Program-made: the position numbers and the translations under genes
The notes under the pieces: generated by a model
The model's database searches: none
What the model was told of the DNA's origin: nothing
What the model saw: the letters and a program-made list of their open reading frames with translations, nothing else
Shown here: positions 53,896 through 64,000 of the stretch, in pieces
Numbering within the stretch: position 1 is the first letter of the stretch
How the letters are laid out: the number at the start of each line of letters is the position of its first letter
NCBI GenBank assembly: GCA_051294905.1
Contig: CM119372.1
Location: 868,001 to 932,000 of the forward strand
DNA from: Botryllus schlosseri
Lineage: Eukaryota
Length of the DNA: 64,000 bases
Reading direction: 5' to 3'

Positions 53896-56800
53896 TCAAT
53901 GAATATCAGTTTCCAAGGTTTTTGAGTAAGTTACTTTCGACGGTGAGGCGCATCGTGGCGTGTGTTCGTCAGTGAAGTCAAGCTGAAAGTTTCTGTTGTA
54001 ATGATCGTTTGTGCTCACGGGTAGAAATCCTTGTGTGGCTGCTCTGTAGTGAGGGAGGGTTGTGATGTAAGGATTGTTGGAGCTGTGTTGATAAGTGATG
54101 TCGTCTTCGATGTCTAACGCGTCTGAATCGTCAACGTGAAGCAAATCATTGTAACTGAGACTAGTCTCACGCTTATTACGACCTATACAGCTGTTGTTGT
54201 ATCTTCTCGCAGAATGCATATCGTGCAGAGCGCAATCTCCTCGAAGCGTCATCATAGACTGGCCTAGGTATTCTGGCGGAGGCGGAGGTAAAGCGTTTTC
54301 CGACTGGCGTATAGAATGCGCCGTGTAATTATCTATAATATCTGGCGGTGTCTTGTAAGACATAGCGCTGAACGGAGTGCTCTGCGACTGGTTGATGCAG
54401 TGCGGGTGCTGAGTGCAATGAACCCCGGAGTGTCTGGCGAGTGCGTCTCCACCGTTGTGATGCTGAGGGCGGTACTGTCGGGGGTAGTGCGCAAGAGCGC
54501 TCGAAACGGACTGGAAATGAGGGTCGTCAAATGATGTCATGGTCTCCACGTCTGTAAATAATTGTTTTTGTGAATTCTAGAGTGCGGCATCCAAACTCAA
54601 CATATGGAATAGCGAGATTGAAGTGAACTTTCATCATTTCAGTAAAAAAGCCAAGTTATTATTCCTCTGCAATATCTGGAGAGGTGTGATTATAGAATTG
54701 CGGTAGATAAAGAATTGGCAAAGGGCCTTAAAGGTGGAGATAATTCAAAATGAAGAATCGAAATTACAAAAGTGATGCTGCAATTTTTGAGTTCAAGAGT
54801 AAATTAATCCAGTGGTGCATTCAAGGTTATTATCATTTTTATGATATTCTTTATTCGCACTAAAATTGCTAAATACGAACACAATCCATGGATCCACCTG
54901 TCCCGAAACGAAAATCTCGAGATTGCAATAAATTTCAATAGAAAATTGAAATTGTTATTCTTACGCAATGCCCGAAGAGGTTATATTACACAATTGCGGC
55001 AGATGAAGAATTGCCAAGGGTTTTAGTGGTAGAGATGATTGAAAGTAAAGAATCGGTCGCGTGCATTACACATATGGTAAGGCATATTGAACGGTCTCAT
55101 CATTTTCGAATCCATCCGGGAGCAAATTTCAAATTAAAACATGATGCGGAGATTGCACTCACTGTTTTTCTCCGATTTGCCCAAAAGCGAACTTAGCACC
55201 CCCAGCCTTGATCGCTTCACCTCGTGTTTGCTCAATATCCGATTTCGTCTGCAGGGCAATCGTCCCTGAAAGTCGATCGGCAAAGTATTACTTTTGAAGT
55301 TTAATTATGCAACTGAGGCTGGGCAGATGTATTACCTTGAATAGTTCGTAGACATAGTCAAACAGTTCAAGAATAGTCAGGAGACTTGCGCCGATAAACA
55401 AGCCCATTTGCCCTCCGATGTCGCCTAAAATATGTCAAGTATTTCTCGGAAATGAGATTTCTTTATATACATATCATATGTACTTTTCATGTGACCACAA
55501 AGAATGTAACTCCAGTTTCACATCACATTAAATAATATTTTGCAATTTTTCGACCATGCCTATTTTGCATTGCACTTTGTGACAATGCCGTGGGTTGATC
55601 ACTAATTCACAGAACTATCATTTCCACAAATTTTAGTAGATTTGTAGACTACTACATAATTCGTATGCTACGATACGACCAATCGAGGTTTACAGTCTTC
55701 CACATTAGAAAATGCCAGGGTTGCAATGACTCGAGTCGCGATTTTCTGATGGCTTGACTTGAATCGAGTCATTTTTCCAAAATACGGAAATGACTCGACT
55801 CGACTCGAGTCAATCTGTGTATTGACTCGACTTGGACTCGAGTCATTGCGCATGACTCGGACCAAGTCATATGACTCGAGTCTCAGACGGTCAAGACCGA
55901 CATTTCACTGAAAATTCGAAGAGTAGTAAAGTAACCACACCATTGGTATTTCGCCTATTGGTGCTGGTACTTGAATATGCGACCAGAAACTGTTAAAAGT
56001 GAGGAAAATAAGTATATTTCAAATGCGAACCATTCGATATCACCAAACAGAGTAATGAAAAGTGGTTTTAACATGACTTTAACTCGAAATTGTGCAGTCA
56101 CTGACTTGGACACGGACTCGAGTCATAATATCACGACTCGGACTCGACCCTCTTCTCGCTGACTTGGACTCGGACTTGGCTCGGTGGTCAATTAAAAATG
56201 ACTCGACTTGACTCGAGTCAAAACTATAAAAGTGAGATTGACTGGTGACTCGGAGCCTTGTGACTTGGTTACAACCCTGGAAAAAACTATCGAAAGTATA
56301 ATGCTCGTGGGTAAATTAACTCTTAGTAGCAATAATGAGCGTCTAATTTCAGTACCCGAAACAATCATTTCTCACTACTCGACACCAATCCTTGGGTCCA
56401 GCCCTAGTCATAAATAGGCTTGAACTACCGAACGACCGTAAAAAGCTTTGCACTGACGGACAACGAAGGATCTTACCAAGTAGGCCGGCGACTTCGTACG
56501 CTACTTTCTGATCGATTGTCTCGTAATTAAGTGCTTCAAAGAAGATGTTTAATTTCAAGAAATTCTCTCTGGAAAGAAGAACGAAACACAGACTTTCACA
56601 AATTTCCAGCCTGTATCATTACCATCACTTCCCACCTGACATACGATTCCGTGGTGTTATATCTATAAGCCAAATAACTCGCGGCTCTTTTACTCGGCAA
56701 CTTGAGCGTCGAGCTTTCAAGATTGTACCTGAAAACCGATGTTGACTTTTGACTGGCTGAATCCAGCCTCGTACCAGACAACTAACAAATTTTCAGCTTT

Positions 56801-59800
56801 TCCGAATTAGATTCGAATTAGAATGATAGCTACAGAGTTTTTTTTTACAAATTAGATTATAATTTGAATTATTGAATTCGCAAAAACTAGGCAATAGAAT
56901 CAATTCTGAATTAGACAAATGCAACAAATATCAAGGACAGTTCCTATCAAATTGGAGTTCGTTCTCATATGCACGAGAATGGCAAATGTCTGTGCATCAA
57001 GATTGCCTCGTTTCGTACGATACAGTTCTCGTGTACCATTTTCAGGTAAATCAGAACTGAGATTAGAATTAAATTGAGAGCACAGAATCTTTTCACAAAT
57101 TAGACTACGGCTATTTCGCTATAATTAGAGTAGAATTAGCGTTCGAATACCTTATTACTTCGCACGGGGTTTTGCATGCGCACGTGGACACGTTTTGAGT
57201 CAGTAGGAAATCCAAAGCTTTGTCCGCGCACGACTTGTATCTCCCAGGGTTGCAAACAGGAACGCTTGAATTGCCTGCCAAGTAAAATTGAAATCGAATC
57301 CGAGATCATCGTAATTATTGGTATTTTCCCTTCAATATATTACAAGAATCGTAATAAGGAATCGATCCGACTTGGTGAAGTCAATCAATGAAACTCTCTC
57401 ATAAGCCTACAAATAGGAATAATACACATTGGGATCGCGCACACATGTCTAGTTGTCTACGATTCGATAAGCCAGACGATCTGCCAGCAGGAGTGGTCGC
57501 GGTCAGTAATGAAGTACTTCTACTATTCTAAATATTACTTGTCTGCTTGTACTACGCACTGCACGAAAAGCTTTTAGGTGTAACTATACTACCAGTATCA
57601 CTTTTATTAATATTTGTAACATTTCAAAACACCACAGGACTGCGATACATAGTCATACAATGAAAAGATAGGAAGGTGTCGAAACGACTTGGAGTGGTCT
57701 TTAAAATCGGACACCCACCTTTGGCCTTGGGCGATGTAAAGAGGAGGTTTACACACGGGATGAAAAGTAATAGAATATAATATATAAGGACAGGCGACTG
57801 AATGAGGGAGCATGTGACGGAATGTCAGGTCGTGGTCCGGTGAACTTGAGGGCTGACTAGTATTGATTCAGTAGAAATTGCTTGTATTTCGACTTGCAAG
57901 TGGACATGCTTGACGACTGTCGGATATGGAGCGATGATCTTTCCTGTCGACCATATAATACAGTCAGGACCGTAACTGCCTCACCCCAAACTCCCCAATT
58001 GGGGGGTGGGGGGGGGGGGGAGCTCGAAGGGGGCCCAAAATTATTTCGTGAATTAAAATAAATAATAGAGTATTTTTTGAAAATTTATGCAACTTTTTCC
58101 AATTTTTGTTGCGCTACGCGCGATTTCAAGTTACCAAATCTCTTGATTATTGGGTACTCTTCCCCCAAGAAAAAATACGCAAGATTTATAGAAATGGGCA
58201 TATCGGCGTTAGCCATTACCGCGCCACGACGCACCAAGACATGTAAAGTCTTAGGCCATGTAACATGCGACTCCAAGAAGTGTGCCAGAACGATCGGCAG
58301 CGAGAAAACCTTGGCCGAAAAGGACTGCCCTTATGCTGACCGAAAACTTCGTTATGTATGCAAAATACATATAAGTATAATTGTTCATAGGCGCCTAAAT
58401 GACTGGAGCCGAATGTTCCTGTCTTGGAAATCCGAACCTCACAAGACAAATACCACCCCACAGGGAAAAATAATATGCCAGTGAAGAAATACCAATCTGA
58501 AATCGTGTGATCTTTTAGTTTAGTACGTTTAGGCGATTCTATATTTTTTGATATAGCAGACGGGAGGTCACGAAATAACATCATGTACGAAGTCGTACCA
58601 ACGGGTCCGCCCGTCCGAAGATGTTTAATTATTAGTTACGGGCCCTACAGTTTCCAAGACACGTCACTCTGCTCTGCCGGTAAAGCTGATTACGTGGGCA
58701 GAGAGGACAAGAAATTAATAGCAATATATATGCAATTCCCGATCTTATAGACCGATTTAATCATGAATTATCGAAGATTTTCGCGCTGTGCGCTGGCTCA
58801 CTAAAAAGTACAACTATAATTTCGTGGCAAAAGCGAACAACGTGATGGCGGGAGGGGGTCGGTCGGTTTATCACCCTATGGGAGCCCATAACTCACGTTT
58901 TTGTTTTTGGGAGGCCTGACGAAGTGCTGTTTCGTTCCTGCCAACGGGTATACACCGAAGTTGTTAATTATTATTGAGGGTTCCTACCTTTTCAAACACA
59001 CCTCACTCAGCTCTACCAGATTACGTGAGCAGAGAGAGGATGAAAATTGATAGCAATATATGTGCAATTCCCGATCATATTGACCGAATTTTCTCACGCT
59101 TCGCGTGTTTAGGTGAGAAAAGCTGACTAACTAAACGGAACCCAATGTAGATGATAAGTAGCGGTAAATAGCGTATAGCCTGAGGGGGGTCTGGGAGGGG
59201 GGGGCGAATAATTTCGGTCTATCGCCTTATGGGGGCCTAGTACCAACGTTTTTTTTTTTTTGTGTGTGTGTGTGTGTGGAGGGGGGGGGTGACGAAGTGC
59301 TGTTACGGCCCTGAATACAGTTGGAAGACGAGGACACGCGCGTGTTGTACTTATGCGCTTTTGATTCCGAGGCAAAGAAGTCATTGGCATTTTTGGAGCA
59401 ATGGAACCGTTTTACACGTAGGATTTTGGAAAGTAGAAAGTTTCGTGATAAGTTTGCTCCATTTCTGTGTGTGAAATGGTCCTGAGAACCGCTTCAAAGA
59501 GCCCTTTGACATGTTTAGAATCGCTATCTCTATTTGAAGTTGAGTAGAAATTCACAGTGATACTTCTACTTCAGTTTGAGCCGGCTCGGTGAGAAATACG
59601 TGCGTACCTGGCATATGGACCATTTTGCATCCACAGTGCGCGATCACATATTCCGTTTCGCATGATATTCGGCACGCCGAAATGCTGTAATTCTTATAGT
59701 AAAAAGGCTGAGCCATATCCTTGCCCTTTTCAATACAGTCGCCCCACGGGTCTGGCAAGAACGTGATCTACAAAGAGAAGGGCGACAATAAGCAGTCAGC

Positions 59801-62800
59801 CAAAGCATACAGGGAAGGACGATTTCACCCTTTGTTCTTGAGTGGCGACCAGAGTTTGAAACCCGGGCGACACGCCGAATCCGAGCTCGTGGATGAATGG
59901 AGGCTCGCTCTGGTGGTGGATTTGCACTTTGAAGCCGGCTTCTACCGATATTTCGTCTAATTTGGAAATAAATATCTGTTATCAGTTATCTGTTACCAGC
60001 TTTGCTAAATTGGAATATAATTAGAGTGATTGCTACACATTTTTGCAAATCAGATTAGAATTAGAGTGATTGAATTTCCACAAACTTGGAAATGGATTTA
60101 AATTCCTGATCAGAAAGAAATATATTCAAAATCAAGTTCAGTTCATGTGAAATCAGAATTCGTTCTCATAAGCATGTCAAATGTCAGTACTACATGCATA
60201 AGTCGTTTCGCACTACACAGCAGAGATGAGCATGGATTAGGATTAGGTTTTGAAAAAACAAGATTTGTGAAATTTTGACGGATTTGGATTGGATTTGGAT
60301 TAGACATTTTTTTCGGAACGGATTAGGATTTGGATTGGATTTACCTATTTTCTGGGAGATTGAAATGTCGTGTGGCGAATGGCGACAAACTTTATTCAGA
60401 TCAGTTATTAATGTACTTATGGTTACTAAGTTATCTTGAATCAAGTGAATCGTTGATTGTGAAAGAATATTTTTGAATCCCTTCATTGCATAAATTAGTA
60501 TTTTTTCTGAATTTCCAGTTGGAATCGGATTAGGATTGGACATGGACTTGAATAAGAAAAAGTTATGGATTAGGATTTGAATTTGGATTTCAAGGTTTGG
60601 ATTTGGATTGGATTAGGACATAGAAATTTCAAATCCGCTCATCTCTGCTACACAGTTCTCCTGTAGTATTTTCAGGCAAACCAGAAATAAGATTAGAATT
60701 AACATGAGATCATAGAAACATTTCATAAATTAGATTGGAATCAGATTAGCGACACTTCGCTCTTGAGTCTAATTAAACGAGTAGAATGATCTAGAGATGT
60801 CCAAGTCCACCATTACCATTCTCTGCCCAGACAGGCATGTACTCTTCCTGTTGAACGTCCAGCAGGAACTCGACACCGTTGTCCACACCGCCCTTGGACG
60901 TATTCAACGGAGGGTCCATTGTCTCGGAGTTGAAAGTGTAGCATTTTCCGTATCTCGTGTAGACCTGGAACAGGAAGCGCGCAGCTTCACTTTTCGTCCG
61001 CGGGCTAATGTTTTGTTTTGGTCGCATTGACGCGTGAAGCTCGTCACACCTGACCCAGTCATGTTTATTTCTACAATCTGCACCGGTTATGTACCATATT
61101 CACCTATGCTGCTGGTAGATAAATCACTCAAAATCTGTCAGTCGAGTCGGACAATACTCATTTGCAACACAAAAGAAAAGAAACGAAAGGGAAACCACAG
61201 CTTCTCCAAACTACATCGTTTTCTACATAAAATCTCACTGTCATTAATCATTATAAATGAATAGAGCTGCGCAAAGTACAGTACAGTTCGAATCGAGTCG
61301 AGCATTCGAGAATTATGGCGTCTTAAGAGTATAAATGATATGAGAAGCTCAAATATGTACCTTTTCCACGATCAGAAAGAAAATAATGACATAGTTCGAC
61401 ACCACATAAAGATAATTTGGTACTTTTTCGGCCTTGTCCATACTTCATTGTCCTTTATCACTATGCTGTGCGTTGATCAGGGATTCACAGAAATGCAACT
61501 TCCGCTAACGTGCGTGGCTCATTACTGCATGTTCTGGATGCTGTGATACGACCAATTCGGATTTCAAGGCTTCCGCGTTGGCAAAAAAGTATCGAAACTA
61601 TAATTCTTGTTGATATTATAACTCACCGGAAAGGAACACATTATTTCAAATGCACGAAAATATTTTCTCTCACTACTCGACTAGAATCATAAGAATTAAT
61701 ACTTGATTCGGATTGGAGTGATCGAATCAATGTACCGAGCCCTGCAAACGAATATCGTAAAACTGTGAAAGAGCTTGAATGTTCGGTGAGCAATTACGAC
61801 CGCGACGAACAAAATATTTCGCAGCATAACTGACTTCTTTCCAGAAACGTGGTTTCAAACATTCTTCTCTTTGAAACGAGCATTTTCGAACCATTCCCCT
61901 CAAGTCTTGCCCGGTTCGTTGGTAAAACTCAAACATATCAAAAGACGACTTATTCCTTGGTTGGTAATCCCTGCCTTGCTCTACGATCGGCGACAGCTTA
62001 TCCGGTATGCCTCCCAAGCCCGTCCGATCTTTGATGGCTTTGAAACTGAAAATATATGATACAGTGTCTTTATTGTCCCTGCATGTGTGATGTGATCTCG
62101 TGTAAACTCACGACACTTCGACGTAAGCGATTAGCTACCAGAGGTTGTCAGAGTACCATATTCAGTGTTGATATACACGCGTGGAAGTAGAAGTAGCCGT
62201 TTTAAAGACACGTCAAAACTACTTCAAGTAGAAGTTGTAGATAAAGAGCTGAAAAGTTCTCAAATGAATAGTTTCCAAACGTATATTTGATCGATGATTT
62301 ACAAACTTTTAGAGTTAGTCCGAGGTCGCCACTTTCGAAATTGCAGGTGCATATCTTTGCAACTATACACAAAATGACTAACGACACTATAAGTAGATGC
62401 AATTTTGAGAAATACTTTAGGCTATCATGATGCATGGGATCTTTTGCCTAGTTTCAATGAACGTATATCTTATAGTGATGATGTAAGCATAATCCCCAAT
62501 CCGAATTGCAAAAAAGGTATTGTACCTGAAAGCTCTTGAAATAGAACATAACCACTTAGGTACTACAATGAGTACTACAAGTAAGCAAAGTCTACTTGAG
62601 TACTTCAGAAAAAACAGAAGTACTTCGTTACTGACTGGCTAACGTTGGCTACAAAACTCACTCATCAGTGAAACCCATCGTGTTTTCGTCCAAGATCCTA
62701 AAAATCGGCGCCGCGACCCGAAAATAGTCGTCCGTGGTGATTCGACTCAGTCGAAACGAGTTCATATTGCAAATGGTGATAGCGGGGAAAAACATCATTC

Positions 62801-63770
62801 CAACGTCTTGCTCGTCGAGTTTGGTGACGTGAGGTCTTGAATTATAATAGGAGATTCGGTTCTCGGCCTGAAACGAAACGCGTCGAATTCGAGGCAGATT
62901 CGCGAATATCGTCCTCACCAGAGGCGGTCAATGAAATCATGGTATTCAAGTAGAAGTAGAAGTAATGCTGGAACTTTCTACTCGAACACAAGTATAAGCA
63001 GAGCTGGAGAACTAGAAACTTTTCAGTTTTTCCATGTCAGTTTCGATTTAGAATTGAAGTCGCAGTTTATTTGTCAAATTAGATCAGGATCAGAACCAAT
63101 AAATTCGCAAAAAAAAACTTGGAAATTCAATTCAACTCCAAATTGGAGTTCATTCTCATGAGCGCAAGGATGATAAATATCTGTACCGAGCTTGGCTTGA
63201 TTAGAATTCAAATGAAAGAATAACAAGAATTGACGAATTAGAATACCTACATTCGTTTTCATTTGTATATTGAGAAAAATGAGCATATTATGAATGTGAG
63301 GCTTTGATCAACCAGGTGTTTCAAAAAATTTGTTGAACCTGACTTGAACTCAATAATGAACAGTGAACACTATGACTTGAATGCCGGACTCTCGACCCTT
63401 TGATTCCTGATGTGGACTCGGATTTCACTCGGTGGTGAATTGAAAATGACTCGTCCTGACTCGAAACAAACTGCAAAAGTAAAATCGACTTGTGAATAGG
63501 AACCTTGTGACTTGATCACAGTCCTGCACTTGACCACTTCGAAAAAGTGAAAGCGCTTCGCTACTTGCCGCCTCATCTTTTCCTCACCTGATGCAAAAAC
63601 AGCCCCAGCGACACGAAGAACGACACGAACCAGACCGCGCGCCGAAACTTCCCGGTGCGTTTGAGAAACACGTGACTCACGCCGTGCAGCGTAGTGTTCT
63701 CCGCGAAGAAAGAAAGGTCGGAAGGTTTCGGCTCCTCTGGCGCAGGCGAGGGGAAATCACCCGCGGAACG
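53896..63770 (-). CDS. ASIC: Acid-sensing ion channel (ASIC, DEG/ENaC family), start codon beyond the right edge. Exons 63770-63588, 62867-62662, 62045-61835, 60964-60817, 59956-59829, 59767-59608, 57274-57151, 56728-56636, 56568-56477, 55424-55336, ~55265-55192 (tentative), 54551-53896
   Basis: FAENTTLHG (HG motif), TM1, [80 protein letters not shown], Cys-rich thumb, [44 protein letters not shown] boundaries are in phase. Confidence 0.95.
55716..56279 (-). mobile_element. GACTC-rich hAT MITE (inverted sister of 48989-49534)
   Basis: Ends CAGGGTTG / CAACCCTG; body is reverse-complement colinear with 48989-49534; degenerate TSD GAAAATGC/GAAAAAAC. Confidence 0.85.
57965..59313 (-). mobile_element. 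~1.35-kb non-autonomous hAT-type element, complete copy in an ASIC intron
   Basis: TIR CAGGACCGTAAC / GTTACGGCCCTG, perfect TSD AATACAGT; homologous to 21250-31146 (split) and 6551-7228 (partial). Confidence 0.88.
60221..60647. mobile_element. hAT-type MITE, GGATT-rich family
   Basis: TIR CAGAGATGAGC / GCTCATCTCTG, perfect TSD CTACACAG, dense GGATT(A/T) repeats; inserted into a copy of the common intronic repeat. Confidence 0.9.
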
Positions 63771-64000
63771 CTGTCAGAACAGATTGTCAATCAATCAATC
63801 ATTCAATAAATCAGTCATTTAACATCATCGTTGAAATTTTCATCATAATCAAACCATCACCAGATTGCGATATATTGAAAAGATGTAAGGGTGTCGAAAC
63901 GACTTGGAGTAGTCTTTAAGCCAAACAACCAAATTGGCCTAGAGCAGTGGTTTTCAACCTATTTGGTCTTGCAGACCGGTAACACTTCAAAACAAATGTT

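Noticed and set aside
58077..58584. 135-aa and 122-aa ORFs with homologues at 6900 and 21892
   Set aside because: They lie inside the repeated 1.35-kb non-autonomous element; frames are not conserved between copies and there are no transposase motifs.

Overview
Repeat-dense, AT-rich, intron-containing invertebrate genomic DNA. An ascidian/tunicate origin is plausible from gene style but not provable here. Five host genes can be assembled by reading splice sites: a calpain (minus strand, from ~12.2 kb running off the left edge, with the Cys/His/Asn triad intact and an N-terminal MGNSSS motif); a single-exon Mis12-like kinetochore gene (37.4-38.1 kb); Ran (38.7-41.3 kb); a HEI10/CCNB1IP1-like RING gene (minus, 51.7-42.0 kb, needing a GC-AG intron); and an ASIC channel (minus, 5' end beyond the right edge, to 53.9 kb). 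The rest is a nested set of mobile elements: an L2/CR1-group LINE with an intact 1004-aa ORF2, a decayed intron-containing Kolobok-type transposon with TTAA target duplication and ~300-bp TIRs, tRNA-derived SINEs, and many hAT-type MITE families with 8-bp TSDs. The most unusual structure is a foldback-like element present twice, carrying a G-rich TTAGGG-containing minisatellite. The array keeps the same genomic strand in both copies although the two element bodies are inverted relative to each other. All exon models and family calls are manual readings; no database searches were run.
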